Positions 33,408 through 42,712 are shown, counted from the stretch's first letter. The stretch is DNA of 64,000 nucleotides from Betaproteobacteria bacterium (GCA_016194935.1 JACQAO010000002.1:852-64851); one strand, 5' to 3'. Program-made: numbers and translations. The notes: a model not told the origin generated them from the letters alone.

Positions 33408-33734
33408 ATGGCGATGAAGCCGAACTACAAACCCCCGTTCAGCAGGTTTGTGAAGAAGGCTCACAAGCCCCTGCAGCTTGCCATCGAGGATGCTGTAGAT
33501 GTGATTCTTGACAACCCGGAGACAGGGGAACCCAAAGTGGGCGACCTGGCCGGGATGTGGGTCTACAAGTTCAAATTCAATCGCCAGGAGTATCTGATTG
33601 CGTATCGCCCTCCAACACCGGATGCGCGCCGTCAAGGAGTAGATGTGGAATTGTTGATGATCGATTTTTACCAGGCGGGTTTGCACGAGAATTTCTATGG
33701 TGAACTCAAGCGCTACCTGAAATCCGGGGGATAA
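33408..33734 (+). CDS. RelE/ParE-superfamily toxin
   Basis: Small basic protein with the pattern ...GDLAGMWVYKFKFNRQEYLIAYRP...VELLMIDFYQAGLHENFY, typical of RelE/ParE-fold toxins. The start (ATG 33408 or 33414) is uncertain. Confidence 0.65.
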   Translation: MAMKPNYKPPFSRFVKKAHKPLQLAIEDAVDVILDNPETGEPKVGDLAGMWVYKFKFNRQEYLIAYRPPTPDARRQGVDVELLMIDFYQAGLHENFYGELKRYLKSGG

Positions 33735-33738
33735 GAAA

Positions 33739-34062
33739 ATGACACATGCGCTGACTGCGGAAAATTTGTTTCAGGATCTCAAGCAAATGCCTCTCACGGA
33801 GCGGCAGAGATTTTTCGCGATTCTGTCTACGAATGCTTTCCGTGGCGATGATCTGAGCCATGAAGAGCTATTCGGACACCTCGCCGGCGATCAGTTCACG
33901 GCTCAGGAAGCAGCGGAATATCTGGAGGTTTCGATGTCCACCTTCCGGCGGTTTGTCGCCGGGGGGAAACTGAACCCGAGTTTGATCGTCGGTCGTAACC
34001 AGATGTTCGCAGTACCGGAGTTGAAGGCCTTCAAGAAGGCCCTGAAAACGACGAAGGGCTGA
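33739..34062 (+). CDS. helix-turn-helix (excisionase/MerR-type) putative antitoxin
   Basis: HTH AAEYLEVSMSTFRRFVAGGKL. Lies 4 nt downstream of the toxin gene (toxin-first order as in higBA-type modules). Confidence 0.6.
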   Translation: MTHALTAENLFQDLKQMPLTERQRFFAILSTNAFRGDDLSHEELFGHLAGDQFTAQEAAEYLEVSMSTFRRFVAGGKLNPSLIVGRNQMFAVPELKAFKKALKTTKG

Positions 34063-34121
34063 TCGGGGTTGGCTGAAGCGCAAAGCGTTGATGCTTCTTG
34101 ATGCATTGTGCTCGACATGGC

Positions 34122-35891
34122 TTATGCCTGAGTCTTGCCCCAGGAATCCCGCAGCGTCACGGTACGGTTGAAGACCGGAACGCCGGGGCGTGAGTCGATA
34201 CGGTCGGCGACGAAATAGCCGTGACGCTCGAACTGGAAGCACTCCTCGGGCTGGGCCTGTTGCAACGCTGCTTCGAGATAGGCGGTAATCACCTGTTTTG
34301 AATTCGGGTTGAGGTCGAGCAAAAAATCGCGTTCGTCGGCCCCCGGTTTTGGTGCGGCGAACAGCCGGTCGTAGAGGCGCACTTCGGCTGCGTAGGCATG
34401 CGCTGCGGAGACCCAGTGCAGGTTGCCCTTGACCTTGTAGCTGTCGGCGCCTGGCCCGCCGGATTTGGAGTCGGGAATATATTCGCAATGCACGGCGCTG
34501 ATCTTGCCGTCGGCATCCTTGTCGCTGCCGGTGCATTTGACCACGAAGCCATAGCGCAGCCGTACGCTGTTGCCGGGGAACAGGCGGAAATAGCCTTTGG
34601 TGGGAACTTCCATAAAATCCTCGCGCTCGATCCACAACTCGCGCGAGAATTTCATGGCGCGCTTGCCCAGCTCGGGCTGCTGCGGATGATTGGGCGCGAA
34701 GCATTCTTCCTCTTGGCCGTGCGGGTAGTTGTCGATGATCAGCTTAAGCGGATCGAGTACCGCCATACGGCGTTGTGCGCGTTCATTCAAGTCCTCGCGC
34801 ATGCAATCTTCCAGCACGCTCATGTCGATCCACGAGTCGGATTTGGAGACGCCGATGCGCTCGGCGAACAAGCGGAAGCCTTGCGGCGTGTAGCCGCGCC
34901 GACGTGCGCCGATGAGGGTGGGCAGGCGCGGATCGTCCCAGCCGGCGACATGTTTTTCTTCGACCAGTTGAATCAGCTTGCGCTTCGACAGCACCACATG
35001 GTTGAGGTTGAGGCGGGAAAATTCGATCTGTTGCGGCAGAGGCCGCAACAACAGCCCGCCTTCGGCCAGCCGCTCCAGCAGCCAGTCGTAGAAAGGCCGC
35101 TGATCTTCGAACTCAAGGGTGCAGATGGAGTGGGTGATGTTCTCCAGTGCATCTTCGATGGGATGGGCGTAGGTGTACATCGGATACACGCACCACTGGT
35201 CGCCGGTGTTGTGGTGGGTGGCATGACGGATGCGGTAGATGGCGGGATCGCGCAGGTTGAAATTGGGCGATGCCATGTCGATTTTAGCCCGCAGGATGTG
35301 GCTGCCATCGGGAAACTCGCCGACCTTCATGCGGCGGAACAGGTCGAGATTTTCTTCCCGCGAACGTTCACGGTAGGGACTGTTCCTGCCCGCTTCGGTG
35401 GGCGTACCGCGATTGGCGCGGATTTCATCGGCGCTCTGGCTGTCCACGTAGGCATGGCCGGATTCGATCAAATATTCGGCGAACTGGAACATCCAGTCGA
35501 AGTAATAAGAGGCGTGATAGAGATTTTCCTGCCAGTCAAAGCCCAGCCAACGCACTGCGTCGATGATGGAGTCGGCGAATTCCTTCTCTTCTTTCTCGGG
35601 ATTGGTGTCGTCGAAACGCAGATGGCAAACTCCGCCAAAGTCGCGCGCCAGACCGAAATTCAGGCAGATGCTTTTGGCATGACCGTAGTGCAGATAGCCG
35701 TTTGGCTCAGGCGGGAAGCGGGTGCGGATCTTCGCCGTGTCGAGAGGCGCGGCGGCGTGCGTCTGGGCCGGGCCGGGCTGGCCGCCCCAGCGGCGGCTGG
35801 CAAATTTACCGGCGGCGAGATCGGCTTCGACGATGTTGCGGATGAAGTTGGCGGCGGGGGCGGCTGGGTGGTTCTTGGGGTCGGCGGACAT
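34122..35891 (-). CDS. glnS: glutamine--tRNA ligase
   Basis: RFPPEPNGYLHYGHAKS (HIGH), VLSKRK (KMSKS), colinear with E. coli GlnS. Start at MSADPK (ATG 35891). Confidence 0.95.
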   Translation of the reverse strand: MSADPKNHPAAPAANFIRNIVEADLAAGKFASRRWGGQPGPAQTHAAAPLDTAKIRTRFPPEPNGYLHYGHAKSICLNFGLARDFGGVCHLRFDDTNPEKEEKEFADSIIDAVRWLGFDWQENLYHASYYFDWMFQFAEYLIESGHAYVDSQSADEIRANRGTPTEAGRNSPYRERSREENLDLFRRMKVGEFPDGSHILRAKIDMASPNFNLRDPAIYRIRHATHHNTGDQWCVYPMYTYAHPIEDALENITHSICTLEFEDQRPFYDWLLERLAEGGLLLRPLPQQIEFSRLNLNHVVLSKRKLIQLVEEKHVAGWDDPRLPTLIGARRRGYTPQGFRLFAERIGVSKSDSWIDMSVLEDCMREDLNERAQRRMAVLDPLKLIIDNYPHGQEEECFAPNHPQQPELGKRAMKFSRELWIEREDFMEVPTKGYFRLFPGNSVRLRYGFVVKCTGSDKDADGKISAVHCEYIPDSKSGGPGADSYKVKGNLHWVSAAHAYAAEVRLYDRLFAAPKPGADERDFLLDLNPNSKQVITAYLEAALQQAQPEECFQFERHGYFVADRIDSRPGVPVFNRTVTLRDSWGKTQA

Positions 35892-36000
35892 GGTTGAAAT
35901 GATTGGATGCGGCAATGCAGTGAGGCTGCATTTTAGCGGGAAAGAAGCCGGGAAGGCCGTGTAAAATCACCCCCATGAGCCTCACTGATTCCTTATGCGC

Positions 36001-36384
36001 ATGAACTGGCTGAGCCTCGCCGCCATCGGCATCGGCGCGGTGCTGGGCGCATGGCTGCGCTGGGGACTGGGCCTGCTGCTGAATCCGCTGTTTCCCGCGA
36101 TACCGCTGGGTACGCTGGCGGCCAACCTGAGCGGCGGTTACCTGGTGGGCGTGGCGGTGGCGGTGTTTCACATCAATGTCGATCTGCCGCCCGAGGCGCG
36201 GTTGTTTTTCGTCACTGGCTTTCTCGGCGCGCTGACGACTTTTTCGACCTTCTCCGCCGAGGTGGTGGCCCTGATCCAGCGCGGCGAATATGGCATGGCT
36301 TTCGGCGCCGCGAGCTTGCATCTGTTCGGTTCGCTATTGATGACGGGCTTGGGCATTTACACCATCCTGCAGCTCAACAAATGA
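36001..36384 (+). CDS. crcB: fluoride efflux channel CrcB/FluC
   Basis: GAVLGAWLRW..., PLGTLAANL.G, GFLGALTTFSTFS motifs of CrcB. Confidence 0.9.
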   Translation: MNWLSLAAIGIGAVLGAWLRWGLGLLLNPLFPAIPLGTLAANLSGGYLVGVAVAVFHINVDLPPEARLFFVTGFLGALTTFSTFSAEVVALIQRGEYGMAFGAASLHLFGSLLMTGLGIYTILQLNK

Positions 36385-36404
36385 ACCTAAAAACCGTAAT
36401 TCAA

Positions 36405-36532
36405 GCCACAGAGGACACAGAGGACACAGAGATAATGCGGGTTCTACATGTTCCCCATGCTCACCTGATGGGTGTGGTGGTCATTGATAAGCACTTCTTG
36501 TTTTTCTCTGTGAACTCTGTGTTCTCTGTGGC
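36405..36532. repeat. MITE/REP-like element with 27-bp imperfect terminal inverted repeats built from 9-nt CACAGAGNN units
   Basis: Left arm GCCACAGAGGACACAGAGGACACAGAG (36405-36431). Right arm CTCTGTGAACTCTGTGTTCTCTGTGGC (36506-36532). 24 of 27 positions are complementary, with a 74-nt spacer. Located between crcB and hrpA. Confidence 0.75.
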
Positions 36533-36549
36533 TAACTGCTTTTTCTAGG

Positions 36550-39500
36550 ATGAAGCCGGATCGAGAGGCCAGCATCGCCCGGCGACTGGCGATGCGCCCG
36601 GTCATTGCATACGACGAAACCCTGCCGGTGAATGAACGCCGCGGCGAAATCACGCGCGCCATCGTAGAGCACCAGGTCATCATCGTCTGCGGCGAGACCG
36701 GCTCCGGCAAGACCACGCAACTGCCGAAGATCTGCCTGGAGCTTGGGCGCGGCTGCGCCGGCCTGATCGGCCACACCCAGCCGCGCCGCATTGCCGCGCG
36801 CGCCACCGCCACGCGCATCGCCCAGGAACTCAACAGCGAGCCGGGCCGCTATGTCGGCTACAAGATTCGTTTTACCGACCGTGTCACGCCCGAGACCTAT
36901 ATCAAGCTGATGACCGACGGCATCCTGCTGGCTGAGACGCAGGGCGACCCGCAACTGCGTGCCTACGACACCATCATTCTTGACGAGGCGCACGAGCGCA
37001 ACCTCAATATCGACTTCCTGCTGGGCTTTCTCAAGCAGTTGTTGCCCAAGCGTCCTGATCTGAAAGTGATCGTTACTTCTGCGACGCTGGATGCGGAAAA
37101 ATTCTCCCGCCATTTCGGCGATGCCCCGGTGATCGAAGTCTCGGGCCGACTCTATCCCATCGAAATGCGCTGGCGGCCGGTGCAGGATGAGACCACCGAC
37201 AAGGATAGACAACTCCACGACGCCATCGTCGACGCCGTCGACGAGGCGCAACGCGCGGGACCCGGCGACGTGCTGGTGTTCCTGCCGGGCGAGCGGGAGA
37301 TCCGCGAAGCAGCGGAGGCCTTGAGGAAGCATGCTTTCAACCGGAGCGGCGGGCCGGCTACCGCGACCACAGAGATACTGCCGCTGTTCGCGCGCCAGTC
37401 GGCGCAGGAGCAGAGTCGCGTATTCCAGTCGCACCAGGGCCGGCGGGTGGTGCTGGCGACCAATGTGGCGGAAACATCGTTGACCGTGCCGGGCATCCGC
37501 TATGTCGTCGACACCGGGCTGGCGCGGCTCAAGCGTTATTCTCATCGCAACAAGATCGAGCAGTTGCAGGTGGAGCCGATCGCCCAGGCGGCGGCCAATC
37601 AGCGCGCCGGGCGTTGCGGACGGGTGGCGGCAGGCATCTGCATCCGCCTGTATGCCGGGGACGATTTTGCCAAGCGCCCGCCGCACACCGACCCGGAGAT
37701 TCTGCGCTCCTCGCTGGCGGGAGTGATCCTGCGTATGAAGTCCTTGCAACTCGGCGATGTGGAGGATTTCCCGTTTCTTCAGCCGCCGTCACCGAAGATG
37801 GTGTCCGACGGCTATCAGTTGCTCGGCGAGCTGGGTGCCGTGGATGAGGGACGCGAGTTGACTGCGCTGGGCCGGGAGCTGGCGAAACTTCCGCTGGACC
37901 CGAAAATCGGCCGCATGATACTCGCCGCCCGCGACGAGCAAGCCTTGACCGAGGTACTGGTGATCGCCGCCGCGCTGTCAGTGCCGGATCCCCGCGAACG
38001 CCCGCCGGAAAAATCCGGGGGTTTACATGGGGCGGATCAAGCACATGCCCAATGGAAGGACGAGAAATCCGAGTTCCTGTCCTACCTCAAGCTCTGGCAT
38101 GCCGCCGACGAGGCATGGAAACACGAATCCTCGTCAAAGCTGAAACTATGGTGCCGGCAGAATTTCATCTCCTGGCTGCGGCTGCGCGAATGGCGCGATA
38201 TTCATGGTCAACTGCATGCGCTGTGCACCGAACACGGCTGGAAGGAGAATCAGCAGCCGGCGTCCTTCGACGCCATCCACCGCGCCCTGCTCAGCGGCCT
38301 GCTGGGAAACATCGGCCTGAAAAGCGAAGACGAAGGTCATTATCTCGGTGCACGCGGGATCAAATTCTTCATTCATCCAGGCTCGACCCTGGTGAAGAAA
38401 GCCGGGCGCTGGATCATGGCGGCAGAACTGATGGAGACCACGCGGCTGTTCGCCCGTTGCCTGGCGAAGATCGAACCGGAGTGGCTGGAGCGTGTCGGCG
38501 CGCACCTGGTAAAACGCCACGTCTATGAGCCGCATTGGGAGAAAAGCTCGGGACAGGTAGTGGCCTGGGAGCGCGCCACGCTGCATGGTCTCCTGCTGTA
38601 CGCCAAACGCCGCGTGCAGTTCGGTAGGCCCGGCGCTGCCGATGTCTCCTCTGTAGAGGTACAACTGGCGCGCGAACTGTTCATCCGCGGCGCGCTGGTC
38701 AACGGCGAAGTGCATGAAGACTTTGCGCGGCGGGCGAAATTCTTTCAGCACAACCGAAAACTGATCGCCGACATCGAAGCCCTCGAACACAAGTCGCGCC
38801 GGCCCGATGTGCTGGTCGACGATGAATTGATCCATGCCTTCTACGACAGCAAGCTGCCGGAAGATGCGGTCACGCTGGCGGCATTCGAGGCCTGGCGCAA
38901 GGATGCCGAGGCCAGGCAGCCTAAACTGCTGTTCCTCGAACGCGAACAACTGATGCGCCACGAGGCGGCCGGCATTACCACCGATGCCTTCCCGCACAGC
39001 ATGGCGTTTCACGGCCAGAGTCTGACGCTGACTTATCACCACGATCCCGGCGCTGCCGACGACGGCGTGACGCTGTCACTGCCGTTGCCGGCGCTGAACC
39101 AGATTTCCGCCAACCGCTGCGAATGGCTGGTGCCGGGCCTGCTCAAGGAAAAGACCTTGGCGTTGCTCAAGACCCTGCCGCAAAAATATCGTCAGCGTTT
39201 GCAACCGCTGGACGCTTTCGCGGAACGCTTCTGCGAAGCACCGCACGATAATGAGGAAGCGCCGGTGCGCGCACTCACCCGCGCGGTCGAGGAAACACTC
39301 GCCATGAAACTGCCGCTCGATGCTTTCCGTCCGGGCGAGCTGCGCCCGCACTTACAGATGAACTTCCGCCTGCTCGACGAGCACGGTGGCACCCTGGCGA
39401 TGTCCCGCTCCTTGCCGGAACTGCGCGCCGAACATGGCGGACGGGTGGCCAGCGCTTTCGCACAGGCCATGCAGGAGGGGCCGAGCGGCGAGGCCGGGCA

Positions 39501-40380
39501 GGGCGGATTGAGCGGGCTGACCGCCTGGACCTTCGGTGACCTGCCCGAGTTGCTGGAAGTCGCTGTCGGCGGTCAGCAAGGGAAAATGCGCGTGATCGGT
39601 TTTCCGGCGCTGGTGGACCAGGGCGACAGTGTTGCCCTGCGGGTCTTCGATACGCCGGATCAGGCGCGCGCGCTGCATCGCGTCGGCTTGCGCCGGCTGT
39701 TTGCGCTGGCGCTGCGCGAGCAGGTGAAAACCATCGAGAAAAATTTGCCCGGCGCGCGGGATCTGGCGCTGCAATTCATCAATCTGGGCAGTGAACAGGA
39801 ACTGCGTCAACAACTGGTCGCCGCCACTCTCGAACGCACCTGCCTGGCCGAACCTCTGCCGGTCACGGCGACCGAGTTTGAGACGCGCAAGGAAACGGCA
39901 CGCAGCAAGGTCATCCTGGTGGCGCAGGAAATTTCCCGCTTGTTGGCCAGCCTGTTGGCCGAGTACACTGTCTTGCAGAAAAAAATTGTTTCTATGCAAA
40001 AGGCATTCCCTCAAACCTGCGCCGATATCGCGGCGCAGATGGCGGAGCTGCTGCGCAAGGACTTCCTGGTTGCCACGCCTTTCGAGCGGCTGGCGCATTA
40101 TCCGCGCTATCTGAAAGCCGCCGCCATGCGGCTCGACAAAGCCCGCGTCGACGCTGAGCGCGATGCCAGGCTGATGCGCGAATGGCAAACGCTGGGCAAG
40201 GTTTTCGAGCGGGAATGGACGATCCAGGCCAGGAGTGGCGTGGCCGATCCGTTGCTGGAAGAGTTCCGCTGGCTGCTGGAAGAATTGCGCGTGGCTTTGT
40301 TTGCGCAGGAGTTGCGCACGCCTACGCCGGTGTCGGTGAAGCGTTTGCAGAAAATGTGGGATACCAGGGTACGCAAATGA
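36550..40380 (+). CDS. hrpA: ATP-dependent RNA helicase HrpA (DEAH box)
   Basis: GETGSGKTT, ILDEAHERN, SATL, TNVAETSLT, QRAGRCGR. About 1276 aa with the long HrpA C-terminal region. Confidence 0.95.
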   Translation: MKPDREASIARRLAMRPVIAYDETLPVNERRGEITRAIVEHQVIIVCGETGSGKTTQLPKICLELGRGCAGLIGHTQPRRIAARATATRIAQELNSEPGRYVGYKIRFTDRVTPETYIKLMTDGILLAETQGDPQLRAYDTIILDEAHERNLNIDFLLGFLKQLLPKRPDLKVIVTSATLDAEKFSRHFGDAPVIEVSGRLYPIEMRWRPVQDETTDKDRQLHDAIVDAVDEAQRAGPGDVLVFLPGEREIREAAEALRKHAFNRSGGPATATTEILPLFARQSAQEQSRVFQSHQGRRVVLATNVAETSLTVPGIRYVVDTGLARLKRYSHRNKIEQLQVEPIAQAAANQRAGRCGRVAAGICIRLYAGDDFAKRPPHTDPEILRSSLAGVILRMKSLQLGDVEDFPFLQPPSPKMVSDGYQLLGELGAVDEGRELTALGRELAKLPLDPKIGRMILAARDEQALTEVLVIAAALSVPDPRERPPEKSGGLHGADQAHAQWKDEKSEFLSYLKLWHAADEAWKHESSSKLKLWCRQNFISWLRLREWRDIHGQLHALCTEHGWKENQQPASFDAIHRALLSGLLGNIGLKSEDEGHYLGARGIKFFIHPGSTLVKKAGRWIMAAELMETTRLFARCLAKIEPEWLERVGAHLVKRHVYEPHWEKSSGQVVAWERATLHGLLLYAKRRVQFGRPGAADVSSVEVQLARELFIRGALVNGEVHEDFARRAKFFQHNRKLIADIEALEHKSRRPDVLVDDELIHAFYDSKLPEDAVTLAAFEAWRKDAEARQPKLLFLEREQLMRHEAAGITTDAFPHSMAFHGQSLTLTYHHDPGAADDGVTLSLPLPALNQISANRCEWLVPGLLKEKTLALLKTLPQKYRQRLQPLDAFAERFCEAPHDNEEAPVRALTRAVEETLAMKLPLDAFRPGELRPHLQMNFRLLDEHGGTLAMSRSLPELRAEHGGRVASAFAQAMQEGPSGEAGQGGLSGLTAWTFGDLPELLEVAVGGQQGKMRVIGFPALVDQGDSVALRVFDTPDQARALHRVGLRRLFALALREQVKTIEKNLPGARDLALQFINLGSEQELRQQLVAATLERTCLAEPLPVTATEFETRKETARSKVILVAQEISRLLASLLAEYTVLQKKIVSMQKAFPQTCADIAAQMAELLRKDFLVATPFERLAHYPRYLKAAAMRLDKARVDAERDARLMREWQTLGKVFEREWTIQARSGVADPLLEEFRWLLEELRVALFAQELRTPTPVSVKRLQKMWDTRVRK

Positions 40381-40404
40381 GACCGCAAATGAGACCGCAA
40401 ATAA
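40372..40404. repeat. 12-nt tandem duplication at the hrpA stop / next-gene start
   Basis: CGCAAATGAGAC CGCAAATGAGAC CGCAAATAA. The first unit carries the hrpA TGA (40378-40380). Both full units carry an ATG in the downstream frame (MRPQMRPQ). Confidence 0.9.
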
Positions 40405-41138
40405 ATAAGCAACTGCTCTCCATGATAGAAGTGTTCGCGGCTTTCATCCGCGCAGCGCGGGATTTGACGCAGCGAAATATCCTGGTGCATGCCCTGTGGC
40501 CGCCGCTGGTCTCTCTGGCGGCATGGTCCGCGCTTGCCGTGGCGCTATGGGAACCGGCGCAGGCCACGCTGGCGGCGATGCTGCCCGACTGGTCCTGGCT
40601 GACGAGCAGTTGGGTTTCCGGCTGGCTGGTGAATGCCATCCTGCTGATGGCGCTGGCGCCGCTGGTGTATTTTACGACGCTGATGCTGGTGGCGACTGTT
40701 GCGCTGCCGCTGATGATGACGGTGGTGGCGGCGCGCGACTATCCGGATTTGTCGCGTTATGGCTCGAATGTCGTGTGGGGCAGCGTCGTCAACACGCTGC
40801 TGGCCGGGCTGGTGTTTGTGCTGGGCTGGCTGATCACGCTGCCGCTGCTGCTGATTCCCGGTGTGCTGCTGGTGATGCCGCTGGCATGGGCGGCATGGCT
40901 CAACCAGCGCACTTTTCGTTTCGATGCGCTGGCGGAGCATGCCAGTGCGGATGAGCGGCGGCGGGTGATCGCCCGCTGCAAGCCGCAATTGCTGCTCGCC
41001 GGAGGTGGCGCGGCGCTGCTCGTCTATGTACCGTTGGTGAATCTGCTGGCGCCGGCGTGGGCCGCGCTGGTGTTCGTGCATCTATGCCTGAGTGCTTTGC
41101 GGCGGCTGCGGGCCGAGGAGGGCGTATGGGTGGGCTGA
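40377..41138 (+). CDS. EI24/CysZ-like polytopic membrane protein
   Basis: Multi-TM protein resembling EI24-domain proteins as recalled. The track ORF from 40182 overlaps hrpA. Candidate starts are 40377, 40389 or 40422. Confidence 0.5.
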   Translation: MRPQMRPQINKQLLSMIEVFAAFIRAARDLTQRNILVHALWPPLVSLAAWSALAVALWEPAQATLAAMLPDWSWLTSSWVSGWLVNAILLMALAPLVYFTTLMLVATVALPLMMTVVAARDYPDLSRYGSNVVWGSVVNTLLAGLVFVLGWLITLPLLLIPGVLLVMPLAWAAWLNQRTFRFDALAEHASADERRRVIARCKPQLLLAGGGAALLVYVPLVNLLAPAWAALVFVHLCLSALRRLRAEEGVWVG

Positions 41139-41146
41139 AGGGTGAG

Positions 41147-41911
41147 ATGACCGGCTGGGGCGCACTGATCATCGGCGACGAGATTACCCGCGGCAAGCGC
41201 CAGGACAAGCATTTCGCGCGGGTGGTGGACGTCCTCGCCGCACGGGGTTTGCATCTGGATTGGGCTTTGACTCTCGGCGACGACCGTGCGCGCTTGACGG
41301 ATACCTTGCGGCGGACGCTGGCCGGCAACGACGTGGTATTCAGCTTCGGCGGCATCGGCGTCACCCCCGACGATCACACCCGCCAGGCCGCCGCCGCTGC
41401 GGCCAATGTGGCGCTGCAACTGCATCCCGATGCTGAAGCCGAAATCCGCGCCCGCTTCGCCGCAACCGGCGCCGAAGTGACGCCGCAGCGTTTGCAACTC
41501 GGAGAGTTCCCGGTCGGCAGTCGCATCGTGCCGAACCCGTTCAATCGTATTCCAGGCTTCTCCCTCGGCCACCATCATTTTTTTCCCGGCTTCCCGCAGA
41601 TGGCCTGGCCGATGCTGGAATGGGTGCTCGACAATTATTATCGTGAATACTTTCACGCCCAAGCCGAGGACGAGCAAGCCATCATCGTCTGGGAAGGGCA
41701 GGAGGGCGCATTGCTGGAGCTGATGCGCCACATCGAGACTGGCTATCCGCAAGCCCGCCTGTTCAGCCTGCCGTCTTTCGGCAGCGATGATATGCGCCGC
41801 CATATCGAACTCGGCATGCGCGGCGAACCGGGCCAGGTGGCTGCGGCGATGGCTGAAATAAAGGATGAAGTGACCCGGCTTGGTTTTGCCTGGGAAACGA
41901 AATCGGAATAA
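41147..41911 (+). CDS. CinA N-terminal-like / MoCF-biosynthesis (molybdopterin-binding) domain protein
   Basis: ALIIGDEI..G...D.N motif, FSFGGIGVTPDD. Start at 41126 or 41147; the track start 41057 overlaps the upstream gene. Confidence 0.6.
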   Translation: MTGWGALIIGDEITRGKRQDKHFARVVDVLAARGLHLDWALTLGDDRARLTDTLRRTLAGNDVVFSFGGIGVTPDDHTRQAAAAAANVALQLHPDAEAEIRARFAATGAEVTPQRLQLGEFPVGSRIVPNPFNRIPGFSLGHHHFFPGFPQMAWPMLEWVLDNYYREYFHAQAEDEQAIIVWEGQEGALLELMRHIETGYPQARLFSLPSFGSDDMRRHIELGMRGEPGQVAAAMAEIKDEVTRLGFAWETKSE

Positions 41912-41936
41912 AAAAACCCCGGCACTAGGCCGGGGT
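41910..41936. terminator. hairpin terminator between convergent genes (mainly serves phaP)
   Basis: AAAAAAA-CCCCGGC-ACTA-GCCGGGG. The A-run becomes a U-run on the minus (phasin) transcript. Confidence 0.65.
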
Positions 41937-41981
41937 GAATCCAGTCATAGACGACTGGAGGAGGAGACGGTAATGCCGGGA

Positions 41982-42545
41982 TCAGGCAGCTTTTCTGGCC
42001 TTGGCGGCGGCGCCGGCGGAGCCGACAGCCTTGACAGTGGCGCTGGTGGCGGCAGCCACGTTGGCTTCGGTGATCTCGGCAACTTGTTTGGCGGCTTTGG
42101 TCATGCTGTCGTAGGCTGAGTTGGCGGCGGCGATAGCGGACTTAACGGCAGCCACAGCGACATCTGAACCCGCCGGAGCGTTTTTGGCGGCTTTGTCGAG
42201 AGCGGTGGCGACATTCTTGTTGGCTTCGGCGAACTGCGACTCGACGATCTTGGAAATTTCTTCCTGGGTCTGGGTGGCAATTTCGTAGATGCTGCGCGAA
42301 TAGGCAACCACCTTTTCCGCAGCCGGCTGGGCCAGAGTGGTTTGCAGTGCGACCAGGCTCTGAATGTCCTTGACACCCAGCAAAGCCTTGGCGGAAGCGA
42401 CGCTATCTTCCATCAGGGCGCGGGCGGTATTCAGGTTCAGGGCGGCAAGGCGTTCGGCGCTGGCAAAAGCGGTGTTGGCAAAAGTCAGCATGGCTTCGAC
42501 GTTGGCTTTGTTGCTGGTGGCGAGTTGCTCGGGTGTGGCGAACAT
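41982..42545 (-). CDS. phaP: phasin (PHA granule-associated protein)
   Basis: MFATPEQLATSNKANVEAMLTFANTAFASAERLAALNLN... is the typical phasin N-terminus. Ala-rich helical protein. Start at ATG 42545. Confidence 0.85.
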   Translation of the reverse strand: MFATPEQLATSNKANVEAMLTFANTAFASAERLAALNLNTARALMEDSVASAKALLGVKDIQSLVALQTTLAQPAAEKVVAYSRSIYEIATQTQEEISKIVESQFAEANKNVATALDKAAKNAPAGSDVAVAAVKSAIAAANSAYDSMTKAAKQVAEITEANVAAATSATVKAVGSAGAAAKARKAA

Positions 42546-42601
42546 GGCGAATCTCCTTGGAGTAAGTGGCATTAAACGGGTGAGTCTGTGTTCAGCCTCA
42601 T

Positions 42602-42712
42602 CACCGCAATGCTAACTACTGATCGGTTCGTGGCTGGTTATTGCGGTGCATCATGGTTAGAATTATAGGGTGAGATCAGCACATGTCAAGGGTTTTTTTG
42701 TGCGACGCACAA
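42602..42712. promoter_or_regulatory. phaP upstream region with inverted repeats (candidate operator sites)
   Basis: CACCGCAAT (42602-42610) / ATTGCGGTG (42640-42648) inverted repeat, and a 15-bp palindrome TTGTGCGACGCACAA (42698-42712), in an AT-rich intergenic region. Confidence 0.3.

Noticed and set aside
35892-36000. Fluoride (crcB-motif) riboswitch upstream of crcB
   Set aside because: I looked for the conserved GGCGAUG...CGCC...AAACNGC...GCUGAUGAnnCCUAC-type core on the plus strand and did not find it. Only CTGATTCCTTA loosely resembles the 3' part. A covariance-model scan would be decisive. The hairpins that are present are reported separately.
36405-36532. CRISPR array (also considered for 60456-60490 and 40372-40404)
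   Set aside because: The repeat units are only 9-12 nt, directly abutting or inverted, with no spacers of 25-40 nt and no cas genes.
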